Source of the DNA: Flavobacterium sp.
Lineage (GTDB): Bacteria; Bacteroidota; Bacteroidia; Flavobacteriales; Flavobacteriaceae
Direction of reading: 5' to 3'
Length of the DNA stretch: 39,901 nucleotides
Assembly: GCF_003525665.1 (NCBI RefSeq)
Contig: NZ_DQDX01000105.1
Coordinates: 1-39,901 of the forward strand
Position 1 is the first letter of the stretch. Each line of letters opens with the position of its first letter. The notes under the pieces were generated by a model. That model did no database searches and was not told where the DNA came from. It was given only the letters and a program-made list of their open reading frames with translations. The position numbers and the translations under genes are program-made. This document shows, in pieces, positions 7,600 through 17,042 of this stretch.

Positions 7600-9390
7600 A
7601 TGGAAGATATAACAAGAGGTGGACAGTTTTTGGTAAAAGAAACCAAATGTGAAAATGTCTTTACTCCAGAGGATTTCTCTGAAGAACAATTAATGATGCG
7701 CGATTCTGTAAAAGAATTTACAGATAAAGAATTGTGGGCACACAAAGACAAATTTGAGAAAAAAGATTACGCTTACACAGAAGCATCGATGCGTAAAGCA
7801 GGAGAAATGGGATTCTTAGGAATAGCAGTTCCAGAAGCTTACGGCGGATTAGGGATGGGATTTGTAGACACTTGTCTAGTTTGCGATTACATTTCGGGTG
7901 CAACTGGTTCGTTTTCTACAGCGTTTGGTGCGCATACTGGAATTGGAACTATGCCGATTACGCTATACGGAAATGAAGAACAAAAATTAAAGTATGTACC
8001 AAAATTAGCTTCTGGTGAATGGTTTGGAGCTTATTGCTTAACAGAACCAGGTGCAGGTTCGGATGCAAATTCTGGAAAAACTAAAGCAGTTTTATCTGAA
8101 GATGGAAAAACATATTCTATCACAGGACAAAAAATGTGGATTTCTAACGCTGGATTTTGTTCCTTATTTATAGTTTTCGCAAGAATTGGCGATGATAAAA
8201 ATATTACAGGTTTCATCGTTGAAAATGATCCATCAAATGGAATTTCGATGAATGAAGAAGAGCATAAATTAGGAATTCGTGCTTCTTCTACGCGTCAGGT
8301 GTTCTTTAATGAAACGAAAGTTCCTGTAGAAAACATGCTTTCTGAAAGAGGAAACGGATTTAAAATCGCAATGAATTCATTAAATGTTGGACGTATAAAA
8401 TTAGCTGCAGCTTGTTTGGATGCACAACGTAGAGTGACTGACGGAGCAGTTAAATATGCAAATGAAAGAGTTCAATTTAATACACCAATTTCGCAATTTG
8501 GAGCAATTCGTTACAAATTAGCAGAAATGGCAACAAGTTGTTATGCTGGAGAAAGCGCTACATACAGAGCAGCAAAAGCTATTGAAGATAGAATAAATGC
8601 TAGAGTTGCTGAAGGAAATTCACACCAAGAAGCAGAATTAAAAGGAGTTGAAGAATTTGCAATAGAATGTTCAATTCTAAAAGTGGCAGTTTCTGAAGAC
8701 GTTCAAAATTGTTCCGATGAAGGAATTCAAATTTTTGGTGGAATGGGATTCTCTGAAGATACACCAATGGAATCTGCTTGGCGTGATGCAAGAATTGCTC
8801 GTATTTACGAAGGTACAAATGAAATCAACAGAATGTTATCTGTAGGAATGTTGATCAAAAAAGCTATGAAAGGTCACGTTGATTTACTTGGACCAGCATC
8901 TAAAGTTCAAGAAGAATTAATGGGAATTCCATCATTCGATACTCCAGATTTCTCCGAATTATTTGCTGAAGAAAAAGCGATATTAGCCAATTTGAAAAAA
9001 TCGTTCTTAATGGTTGCTGGTGGTGCAGTTCAAAAATTTGGACCAGATTTAGACGGGCACCAACAATTATTAATGGCTGCAGCCGATATGTTAATTGAAA
9101 TTTACATGGCAGAAAGTACTATTTTACGTACTGAAAAATTAGCCAAAAAAGAAGGCGAAGACAAAGTAAAAGAGCAAATTGCAATGGCAAAATTATACTT
9201 GTACAAAGCCGTTGACATAGTTACTCAAAAAGGTAAAGAAAGCATTATTTCGTTTGCCGAAGGCGATGAACAACGCATGATGCTTATGGGTTTACGCCGT
9301 TTTACAAAATACACCAACATGCCTAATATTGTAGCTTTGAGAGAAACAATTACTGCAAAATTAGTAGCTGAAAATAGTTATTGTTTTTAA
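7600..9390 (+). CDS. fadE: Acyl-CoA dehydrogenase (long form, FadE-like)
   Basis: YCLTEPGAGSD, GQKMWISNA, QIFGGMGF, RIYEGTNEINR. Confidence 0.93.
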   Translation: MEDITRGGQFLVKETKCENVFTPEDFSEEQLMMRDSVKEFTDKELWAHKDKFEKKDYAYTEASMRKAGEMGFLGIAVPEAYGGLGMGFVDTCLVCDYISGATGSFSTAFGAHTGIGTMPITLYGNEEQKLKYVPKLASGEWFGAYCLTEPGAGSDANSGKTKAVLSEDGKTYSITGQKMWISNAGFCSLFIVFARIGDDKNITGFIVENDPSNGISMNEEEHKLGIRASSTRQVFFNETKVPVENMLSERGNGFKIAMNSLNVGRIKLAAACLDAQRRVTDGAVKYANERVQFNTPISQFGAIRYKLAEMATSCYAGESATYRAAKAIEDRINARVAEGNSHQEAELKGVEEFAIECSILKVAVSEDVQNCSDEGIQIFGGMGFSEDTPMESAWRDARIARIYEGTNEINRMLSVGMLIKKAMKGHVDLLGPASKVQEELMGIPSFDTPDFSELFAEEKAILANLKKSFLMVAGGAVQKFGPDLDGHQQLLMAAADMLIEIYMAESTILRTEKLAKKEGEDKVKEQIAMAKLYLYKAVDIVTQKGKESIISFAEGDEQRMMLMGLRRFTKYTNMPNIVALRETITAKLVAENSYCF

Positions 9391-9414
9391 TTTAGTTAAG
9401 TGAATTGTGTTTGT

Positions 9415-9446
9415 GAACCATCCGTTTTTTCGGATGGTTCTTTTTT
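9415..9446 (+). terminator. Rho-independent terminator after fad operon
   Basis: GAACCATCCG-loop-CGGATGGTTC followed by T6. Confidence 0.88.
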
Positions 9447-9447
9447 A

Positions 9448-9455
9448 TACTTTTG
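9448..9455 (+). promoter_or_regulatory. Bacteroidetes -7 promoter box for rlmH
   Basis: TACTTTTG = TAnnTTTG, 15 bp before ATG 9471. Confidence 0.65.
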
Positions 9456-9470
9456 CATTTTACAAAAACC

Positions 9471-9944
9471 ATGAACATCAAACTCCTAGCTATTGGCAAA
9501 ACCGATAATAAAAACCTGCAAGCGTTAATTGACGAATACAGCAAGCGCTTGTCGTTTTACATAAAATTTGATTTAGAGGTAATTCCAGATATTAAAAACG
9601 TCAAAAATCTATCAGAAAATCAACAGAAAGAAAAAGAAGGCGAACTCATTTTAGCCAAACTTTCGCCAACCGATCAATTGATTTTATTGGATGAAAATGG
9701 TACTAATTTTTCAAGCATTGGTTTCTCAGATTATTTACAGAAAAAAATGAATGCCGGGATTAAAACACTTGTTTTTGTAATTGGCGGACCTTACGGTTTT
9801 AGTGATGAAGTGTATAAAAAAGCACAAGGTAAAATCTCACTTTCAGCAATGACTTTTTCGCATCAAATGGTTCGATTGTTCGTAATTGAGCAAATTTATC
9901 GCGGATTTACTATTCTAAAAAATGAACCGTATCATCATCAGTAA
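9471..9944 (+). CDS. rlmH: 23S rRNA pseudouridine-1915 N3-methyltransferase RlmH
   Basis: FVIGGPYG, SLS.MTFSHQMVRL...EQIYR...I....PYHH; ATG at 9471 preferred over TTG at 9453. Confidence 0.96.
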   Translation: MNIKLLAIGKTDNKNLQALIDEYSKRLSFYIKFDLEVIPDIKNVKNLSENQQKEKEGELILAKLSPTDQLILLDENGTNFSSIGFSDYLQKKMNAGIKTLVFVIGGPYGFSDEVYKKAQGKISLSAMTFSHQMVRLFVIEQIYRGFTILKNEPYHHQ

Positions 9945-9960
9945 AAGATAGAAGATGCAA

Positions 9961-9992
9961 TTTGGAATTTGGAATTTAGAAGTTGGAATTTT
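9961..9992. repeat. Heptamer tract TTTGGAA-TTTGGAA-TTTAGAA-GTTGGAA between convergent genes
   Basis: Four 7-mers read directly. Confidence 0.75.
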
Positions 9993-10605
9993 AATAAATG
10001 TATTCTTCAGTATGAGTTCGTTTTATATCTAACGATTTTATAAAAACAAGATTCTTAATGTAACTTTCGTAACTATCATTTTTATCAAAACAAAAATTAC
10101 ATTTGTATAAATCCTCAACTGAAAGATTTTGGATATACTTTTCAAATTTTTCTTTTTCAAATGGTATATTATCCACAACTATTTGATTTTTAGAAAAATA
10201 AATAGTACCACCCGATTTTGGTTTTTCTAATTTGTAATTCATTTTAGTAAATGGTAGAAATGCCAATTGTTTTTTCTTGATGTCAGAATACGAATAATAA
10301 TTCTGCGAAGTACTGTCTTTGTGAGCACTTGCTTCTTTTTTAGCAACAGCTTTTATTACTTCTGGAAGCACTAATTTTAATGGCAAACGCTTGTCAATAT
10401 TGAAAATGAAATTGGTCGAACTTATGGCGTTTTTTCTATTCAATGCGGCAACTGTATCTTTACCTTTTACTTCGAGAAAAATATAAATTGGAGATAAATT
10501 TTCAACTTTTTCTACAATAGTTGTATCAACTTCTGGTAATAAAACCTCTTTTTCATTGCAAGAAAATAGTGCAAAAGCTAAAAGTGTAACAAGTATCTTT
10601 TTCAT
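9991..10605 (-). CDS. Hypothetical lipoprotein
   Basis: 204-aa ORF, signal peptide with LFSC lipobox, start overlaps the folP stop. Confidence 0.8.
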   Translation of the reverse strand: MKKILVTLLAFALFSCNEKEVLLPEVDTTIVEKVENLSPIYIFLEVKGKDTVAALNRKNAISSTNFIFNIDKRLPLKLVLPEVIKAVAKKEASAHKDSTSQNYYSYSDIKKKQLAFLPFTKMNYKLEKPKSGGTIYFSKNQIVVDNIPFEKEKFEKYIQNLSVEDLYKCNFCFDKNDSYESYIKNLVFIKSLDIKRTHTEEYIY

Positions 10606-11435
10606 TATAAAATCTGATTTAATTTATTGAATAATTTTACGCCTTCAACAGCTTCTTTTACATCATGAACTCGAAGAATATTGGCGCCTTTTTGAAGTGA
10701 AATTGCGTTTAAAAATGTGGTTCCGTTCAAACTATTTTCTGCTGTGGTTTCTAATGTTTTGTATATCATCGATTTTCTGGAAATTCCAACAAGTAAAGGC
10801 AATTCTAGCATTTGAAACAATTCTAATTTTTGCATCACTTCATAATTTTGCTCCAATGTTTTAGCAAATCCAAATCCGGGATCGATTATAATGTCGTTAA
10901 TTCCGAAACTTCTCGCCTTGCCTACTCTTTCTGAAAAATAGAAAAGCATTTCTTTGCAAATATTGTCATATTGCGTTAACGTTTGCATGGTTTGCGGAGT
11001 TCCTTTCATGTGCATCATAATGTACGGAACTTGAAGTTTGGCAACGGTTTCCAACATATTTTCGTCTAAATTTCCTGCCGAAATATCATTGATGATTGCT
11101 GCACCGTTTTCAATAGCACTTTGAGCAATTTTACTTCTAAAAGTATCTACAGAGATTATAGTTTCTGGAAACGTTTTCAAAACCAACTCTATAACAGGAA
11201 GTAATCTGTTTAATTCTTCTTCTTCCGATACAAATTCGGCATTAGGTTTACTTGAATAGGCTCCAATATCAACGAAAGTCGCTCCATCTGAAAGCATTTT
11301 TTCAACCTGAGAAAGAAATTGAGATTCACTTTTATATTTTCCGCCATCGTAAAAAGAATCTGGTGTACAATTTAAAATTCCCATCACTTTGGGAGTTGAT
11401 AAATCGATGAGTTTTCCGTTGCAATTGATTGTCAT
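10605..11435 (-). CDS. folP: Dihydropteroate synthase
   Basis: VMGILN.TPDSFYDGG, SVDTF, INDIS, IIDPGFGFAK, GISRKS, ILRVHDV. Confidence 0.97.
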   Translation of the reverse strand: MTINCNGKLIDLSTPKVMGILNCTPDSFYDGGKYKSESQFLSQVEKMLSDGATFVDIGAYSSKPNAEFVSEEEELNRLLPVIELVLKTFPETIISVDTFRSKIAQSAIENGAAIINDISAGNLDENMLETVAKLQVPYIMMHMKGTPQTMQTLTQYDNICKEMLFYFSERVGKARSFGINDIIIDPGFGFAKTLEQNYEVMQKLELFQMLELPLLVGISRKSMIYKTLETTAENSLNGTTFLNAISLQKGANILRVHDVKEAVEGVKLFNKLNQIL

Positions 11436-11441
11436 TCTCGC

Positions 11442-11480
11442 TTTGATTTCAGAATTTAGATTTTGATTTTAGATTTCAGA
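11442..11480. repeat. Degenerate heptamer tract (TTTCAGA/TTTTAGA-like) in folP leader
   Basis: TTTGATTTCAGAATTTAGATTTTGATTTTAGATTTCAGA. Confidence 0.55.
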
Positions 11481-11491
11481 GAAAAAATCTG

Positions 11492-11519
11492 TACTTTTGA
11501 AAAAATTCATACAAATATA
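11492..11519. promoter_or_regulatory. Face-to-face -7 boxes: TACTTTTG (+, 11492-11499) for DUF1599 and TATATTTG (-, 11512-11519) for folP
   Basis: Two exact TAnnTTTG matches between divergent genes. Confidence 0.6.
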
Positions 11520-11526
11520 CCATTTA

Positions 11527-12066
11527 ATGAAGAATACTTCACAAGAATATGATAAAGTAATTGGCGTTTGCCGTGATTTATTTATCAAAAAAATGACCGA
11601 TTATGGAAGTGCTTGGCGTATTTTACGTTTGCCATCGCTTACTGACCAAATTTTTATAAAAGCGCAACGCATTAGAAGTTTGCAAGAAAACGAAGTGCGT
11701 AAAGTGGATGAAGATGAAACTGGAGAATTCATCGGAATTATCAATTATTGCATCATGGCTTTGATTCAATTGGACTTAGGTGTTGTAGACCAACCCGATT
11801 TAGGAGTTGAAAAGGCAACCCAACTTTATGATGAAAAAGTAACGTTAACCAAAACCTTAATGGAAGCTAAAAACCATGATTATGGCGAAGCTTGGCGCGA
11901 AATGAGAGTGAGTTCGTTAACCGATTTAATTCTTCAAAAGTTACTTCGCGTAAAACAAATTGAAGATAATAAAGGAAAAACGTTGGTATCAGAAGGTATT
12001 GATGCCAATTATCAAGACATGATTAATTATTCGATTTTTGCTTTGATATTGATGAAGAAGTTCTAG
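11527..12066 (+). CDS. DUF1599 domain protein (duplicated domain)
   Basis: KK..DYGSAWR and KNHDYGEAWR internal repeat; ATG 11527 preferred over TTG 11497. Confidence 0.88.
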   Translation: MKNTSQEYDKVIGVCRDLFIKKMTDYGSAWRILRLPSLTDQIFIKAQRIRSLQENEVRKVDEDETGEFIGIINYCIMALIQLDLGVVDQPDLGVEKATQLYDEKVTLTKTLMEAKNHDYGEAWREMRVSSLTDLILQKLLRVKQIEDNKGKTLVSEGIDANYQDMINYSIFALILMKKF

Positions 12067-12145
12067 GTATTTTGCAATGACACAATAACAATTCATTAAC
12101 ACCACTATTAAAGTATCTATTTTAACTTTGTACAAAATTTAAAAA

Positions 12146-13249
12146 ATGAAAAACATAATTACCCAGTTTTCTAGAATTTTCGTCGGAATATTGTTTATTA
12201 TTTCGGGTTTAATCAAACTTAATGATCCAGTTGGATTCTCTTATAAATTGGATGAATATTTTAGTGAAACGGTTTTTAATATTCCGTTTTTAGTTCCGTA
12301 TACATTGGCTTTGGCGTTGTTTCTAGTAATTTTAGAAGTAGTTTTGGGTGTAATGCTTTTAATTGGATATAAATCGAAATTCACCATTTGGAGTTTACTT
12401 TTACTGATTGTATTCTTTACGTTTTTAACCTTTTATTCAGCTTATTTTGATGTAGTTAAAGATTGTGGTTGCTTTGGCGATGCTTTAAAACTAACTCCTT
12501 GGGAATCATTCACTAAAGATGTTGTTTTATTGTTTTTTATTCTGATTTTATTCTTCAATATGAAGTTGATAAAACCATTATTCGGACAAAAAGTTCAGAA
12601 CATATTGGCCGTTTTAAGTGTTGTTTTATCAGCATTTATGGGATATTGGGTTTTAAATCACTTGCCTTTAAAAGATTTTAGACCTTATAAAGTTGGAAAT
12701 AACATCCAAAAAGGAATGGAAGTTCCTGCTAACGCTGAAAAAAGTGTTGTAGAAATGATCTTTGTTTACAAAGTAAAAGGTGTTGCAACTGAGTTTGCAG
12801 AAAAAGATTTAATGGACGGAAAAATTCCATCGGATGCAGTATTTGTAGAGCGTAAAGATAAAGTAATTAAAGAAGGTTATGTGCCACCAATTCACGATTT
12901 CGCTCTGGAATTAGATGGAACTGACTATAAAGACGCCTTACTACAAGAACCAAAATTGATTATATTTACAGCATATGATTTGGATAAAGCCGATGCTGAT
13001 GGTTTACAAAAATTAGAGAAAATTAATCTTGACGCTAAAGCAAAAGGATATAAAGTGGTTGCATTAACTGCTTCTAAAGACAAAACTGCCGAGGTTAAGA
13101 AAAAATACGGACAAACTTTTGATTACTATTTCTGTGATGCTATTGCTATTAAAACAATAGAAAGAGCCAATCCGAGTATAATAGTTATTGAAAAAGGAAC
13201 CATCAAACAAAAATTACATCACAATGATAGTGATCAACTAAAATTATAA
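12146..13249 (+). CDS. DoxX/MauE-family membrane protein (BT_3928-like) with C-terminal soluble domain
   Basis: R..VG.LFI.SGLIK.NDP.GF, DCGCFGDA motif, several TM helices. Confidence 0.85.
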   Translation: MKNIITQFSRIFVGILFIISGLIKLNDPVGFSYKLDEYFSETVFNIPFLVPYTLALALFLVILEVVLGVMLLIGYKSKFTIWSLLLLIVFFTFLTFYSAYFDVVKDCGCFGDALKLTPWESFTKDVVLLFFILILFFNMKLIKPLFGQKVQNILAVLSVVLSAFMGYWVLNHLPLKDFRPYKVGNNIQKGMEVPANAEKSVVEMIFVYKVKGVATEFAEKDLMDGKIPSDAVFVERKDKVIKEGYVPPIHDFALELDGTDYKDALLQEPKLIIFTAYDLDKADADGLQKLEKINLDAKAKGYKVVALTASKDKTAEVKKKYGQTFDYYFCDAIAIKTIERANPSIIVIEKGTIKQKLHHNDSDQLKL

Positions 13250-13256
13250 TTTAAAA

Positions 13257-13763
13257 ATGAAAACTATGAAAAAAATACTCTTAATATTAAGTATCGTAAT
13301 GACCACAATATCTTGCACCAATGCACAAGAAAAACAATTTTCTGAAGAAGCATTAAACGGACAAATAACAACATTAGAAGGTAACGAAATTGCTTTTAGA
13401 GATATTCTCGAACAACACAAAGGAAAAACCATTTTAATTGAAGTTTGGGCTTCTTGGTGTAGCGATTGTGTAAAAGCGATGCCTAAATTAAAAGAAATTC
13501 AGAAAGAAAATCCTGATGTTGCCTATGTATTTATTTCAATGGACAAATCTTTTGAAAAGTGGAATGAAGGAATTAAAAAACATGAAGTTGAAGGAGATCA
13601 CTATTGGGTTAATGATGAAAAAGGAATGAAAGGCAGTTTCGGACAATCAATTGATTTAGATTGGATTCCGAGATATATTGTTGTTAACAAAGAAGGTTCT
13701 GTAGATTTATATAGAGCGATAGAAAAAGACTTTGAAAAAATTACTAAAGCATTAAAACAATAA
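13257..13763 (+). CDS. TlpA-family thiol:disulfide oxidoreductase (probable lipoprotein; start may be 13266)
   Basis: WASWCSDC CxxC motif, WIPRY cis-Pro loop, signal peptide with TISC. Confidence 0.88.
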   Translation: MKTMKKILLILSIVMTTISCTNAQEKQFSEEALNGQITTLEGNEIAFRDILEQHKGKTILIEVWASWCSDCVKAMPKLKEIQKENPDVAYVFISMDKSFEKWNEGIKKHEVEGDHYWVNDEKGMKGSFGQSIDLDWIPRYIVVNKEGSVDLYRAIEKDFEKITKALKQ

Positions 13764-13765
13764 AA

Positions 13766-14518
13766 ATGAGAACTAAAATTGTTGCAGGAAACTGGAAAAT
13801 GAACAAAAACAGTGAAGAAACTGAAGACTTGTTAAATGAATTAATCGACAAATTACCAGAAGATAAAGAAGTACAAATTATTGTAGCTCCTACTTTTGTG
13901 AATTTGGCTTCTGCCGTAGATCATTTAGAGTTTACTAACATTACAGTTGCTGCACAAAACATGCATCAAAATGAAAATGGCGCTTATACTGGAGAAATTT
14001 CGGCAGATATGTTGAAAAGCGTTGGTGTAAACACAGTAATTTTAGGACATTCTGAAAGACGTTCAATTTTTCATGAAACCGATGCTTTAATTGCAAATAA
14101 AGTAGATACTGCTTTACGTCACGATATGACTGTGATTTTTTGCTTTGGCGAAGAATTGAAAGACAGAAAAGACGAGCAACATTTTAATGTAGTTGAAAAT
14201 CAATTGCGCGACGGATTATTTCATTTAAGTAACGAAGCTTGGCAAGATATTATTTTGGCATACGAACCAGTTTGGGCCATTGGAACCGGCGAAACTGCAA
14301 GTCCAGAGCAAGCCCAAGAAATGCACGCCTTTATTAGAGAAACTGTTCGTCATACTTACGGAAGCGAAATTGCAGAAAACGTTTCTATCCTTTATGGCGG
14401 AAGTGTAAAACCAGATAACGCGCAAGAAATCTTCGGAAAACCCGATGTTGATGGCGGATTAATTGGTGGAGCAGCATTAAAAGCAGACGATTTTGTTGCT
14501 ATTGTAAACGCAATTTAA
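13766..14518 (+). CDS. tpiA: Triosephosphate isomerase
   Basis: AGNWKMN, GHSERR, AYEPVWAIGTG, YGGSV, DGGLIGGA. Confidence 0.98.
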   Translation: MRTKIVAGNWKMNKNSEETEDLLNELIDKLPEDKEVQIIVAPTFVNLASAVDHLEFTNITVAAQNMHQNENGAYTGEISADMLKSVGVNTVILGHSERRSIFHETDALIANKVDTALRHDMTVIFCFGEELKDRKDEQHFNVVENQLRDGLFHLSNEAWQDIILAYEPVWAIGTGETASPEQAQEMHAFIRETVRHTYGSEIAENVSILYGGSVKPDNAQEIFGKPDVDGGLIGGAALKADDFVAIVNAI

Positions 14519-14538
14519 AAAGCACTTTTATAAAATAT

Positions 14539-14575
14539 AAATCCTCAATTGAGTAAAATCGATTGAGGATTTTTT
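14539..14575 (+). terminator. Rho-independent terminator after tpiA
   Basis: AATCCTCAATTGA...TCGATTGAGGAT followed by T-run. Confidence 0.85.
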
Positions 14576-14948
14576 GTTTTCATAAAATCTAATATATTTT
14601 GCATAATAATGTTAAAAATATAAAATTATACTTACATATTATAAAATTAACTGCATTTAAACAGATTTATTTGCTATTTTATTTATAATTGTATAATTTT
14701 AGATTTCTAACCAAATAATCTACCTAAATAGGATTGTCAAAGAGTCAAAAGAAATGTGACTTCCTAGTTTAGAGTATATGAATTCTGTATGTAGATTATA
14801 ATGAATTAACGATTCTAAAGTAATAAAAACTTCATAAATGCGATAATTGAAAGAAGTAAATAAAACCTCATTCAACTTTTGCAAGAAGAAACATCCGTTG
14901 GTTAAAAAATAGAGTTTTAAGTGAATCATTAAATAGTTTGAGTTGAGT

Positions 14949-14983
14949 AAATCCCTAATTGCAAAAACAGTTAGGGATTTTTT
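14949..14983 (+). terminator. Terminator-like hairpin with no recognised upstream gene
   Basis: AATCCCTAATTG-CAAAAA-CAGTTAGGGATT followed by T-run. Confidence 0.7.
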
Positions 14984-15127
14984 ATTTGAATCTAACTGCA
15001 ATCGTTCAAAAAGTATCATTTAAAAGCAAAAAAGTTATAAAATTCCCACTTTAACACAAGAACCAGCTTAGAAATGAGTTATCATTAAATGAATTTTAAT
15101 ACCTTGCTACAAAAGAAAATTTTATAT

Positions 15128-16966
15128 ATGTCACAAAGAATTTTACTGGTATTATTGCTTTTTTTTGGTTGCTGTTATTCTATTTCAGCACAAGAAAAAA
15201 TCGTAAAAAAAGATTCTACGACCGTCTATAAAAACATTGAGAACTATTCTAAAAAAAGAAAATTTACCAAGTTTGTTCATAAATTACTTTTTCGATCTAC
15301 AAAAAAATCGGCTCCTTCTAAAAAATCCATTCGAAATAAGTACATTATAAAAAGAGCTTTTGACAAGAATGAAGGTAAAATCATTAGAAAAATCAATGTT
15401 GTAACCTTAGATCCGTTTGGATATTCTGTAACCAACAAAGAAGAAGTTCCTCGCAATAGCTTTGAAAAATTTGGAAATGGTTTTCACCTCAAATCGAAAG
15501 AATGGACGGTTAAAAACTTGCTATTGATCAAAAGAAACCAACCTTTAGATTCATTATTAGCAAAAGAATCGGAACGTTTGATTAGACGTCAAAGGCAATT
15601 TAGAACCGTATTAATCGAACCAATTGAAATTGAAAATAGTAAAGATTCGGTAGATATTTCGATAAGAGTTTTAGATTCATGGAGTTTAATTCCGACAGGT
15701 TCATTATCGGGTTCGCAAGCTAATTTTGAAATCACAGAGCGTAATTTTTTTGGATTAGGTCATGAATTAGAACAAAATTACACCAACCGATTTAAAAATA
15801 ATACGAAAGGTTCAAGTACAAGGTATACTGTAGGTAATGTTTTAAATACTTTTATCAACATGTCCTTATTTTATCAAAATGATACTTATAATAACACTAG
15901 AAAAAGTGCAAAAGTGGAACGAATATTTTATTCACCGCTAACGCATTGGGCTGGTGGAATTTTTATAGAAAATAGATTTTATAGAGATTCTCTTCCAGAT
16001 TTGACAGGAGATTATGAAAGTCAGCGCTTTAAATTAGAAACACAAGATTTTTGGGTTGGACATGCCTTCAAATTATTTCCTTTAAAATCGGAAGATTATC
16101 GTGCAACAAATTTTGTGACAACGCTACGATTTCAGAATATTAACTATACTGAAAGACCTAGTTTAGAGTATGATCCTAAATTGTTTTTTAATTCAGAGCG
16201 AAACTATTTAGCCAGTTTTGGAATCACCACTAGAAAATTTACAGAAGAAAAATACTTATTCAATTTTGGTATCATAGAAGACGTTCCGTATGGTCAAGTC
16301 TATTCTATTACAGGCGGTTTTAAGGATAAAAACAAAACGAAAAGAGCCTATTTTGGAGCCCGATTTGCCTATGGTCATTATTATAATTTTGGTTATATCG
16401 GAACCAATGTAGAATGGGGAAGTTTGTTTAATAATGGCACAACAGAAGAAACAACTTTGCGAATAGAAGGTAATTATTTTACTAACATAATTCAATGGGG
16501 AAATTGGAAAATTAGACAGTTTATTAAGCCTTCCTTTGTCATGGGAATTAACCGAAATCCTAATATTAAAGACAGAATAAACATTAATGATACCAACGGA
16601 ATTAGTGGTTTTGACAGTGTTCTTTTATTTGGCACAAAAAAATTAGTTGCTTCCTTTCAAACGCAAACCTATTCGCCAGGAAATTGGCACGGATTTCACT
16701 TTAATCCGTACTTTAATTTTTCAATGGGAATGGTAGGCAATGAAAATAATTATCTGTTTGATAAAAAATTGTACACTAGTCTTGGAATCGGAATTTTAAT
16801 TAATAACGATTATCTAGTATTTAATAGCTTTCAATTATCGTTTGCGTATTATCCATCAATTCCAAATGAAGGAAGTAACATATTTAAAACCAATTCCTTC
16901 AAAAACAATGATTTAACCATTCCTGATTATCAAATTGGAGCACCAACTATCGTTCCTTACAATTAG
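15128..16966 (+). CDS. Outer-membrane beta-barrel protein, Omp85/TamA-like architecture (tentative)
   Basis: Signal peptide, POTRA-like 'ESERLIR' segment, 'ERNFFGLGH' barrel-start motif, aromatic alternating strands; ORF open from 15089. Confidence 0.7.
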   Translation: MSQRILLVLLLFFGCCYSISAQEKIVKKDSTTVYKNIENYSKKRKFTKFVHKLLFRSTKKSAPSKKSIRNKYIIKRAFDKNEGKIIRKINVVTLDPFGYSVTNKEEVPRNSFEKFGNGFHLKSKEWTVKNLLLIKRNQPLDSLLAKESERLIRRQRQFRTVLIEPIEIENSKDSVDISIRVLDSWSLIPTGSLSGSQANFEITERNFFGLGHELEQNYTNRFKNNTKGSSTRYTVGNVLNTFINMSLFYQNDTYNNTRKSAKVERIFYSPLTHWAGGIFIENRFYRDSLPDLTGDYESQRFKLETQDFWVGHAFKLFPLKSEDYRATNFVTTLRFQNINYTERPSLEYDPKLFFNSERNYLASFGITTRKFTEEKYLFNFGIIEDVPYGQVYSITGGFKDKNKTKRAYFGARFAYGHYYNFGYIGTNVEWGSLFNNGTTEETTLRIEGNYFTNIIQWGNWKIRQFIKPSFVMGINRNPNIKDRININDTNGISGFDSVLLFGTKKLVASFQTQTYSPGNWHGFHFNPYFNFSMGMVGNENNYLFDKKLYTSLGIGILINNDYLVFNSFQLSFAYYPSIPNEGSNIFKTNSFKNNDLTIPDYQIGAPTIVPYN

Positions 16967-17042
16967 AAGTTTAATTTAATTATAAGAAACTGGTAACAAA
17001 AATTAGGGTTCATCGTCTTACTTTATATAAAATCAAAAAACC

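Noticed and set aside
9982..9990. GTTGGAATT identical to the first 9 nt of the plus-strand CRISPR repeat
   Set aside because: Short match explained by the local TTGGAA heptamer tract; it does not extend.
14720..15019. 99-aa minus-strand ORF in the long intergenic region
   Set aside because: No recognisable motif, composition typical of AT-rich non-coding DNA, and it crosses a terminator hairpin.
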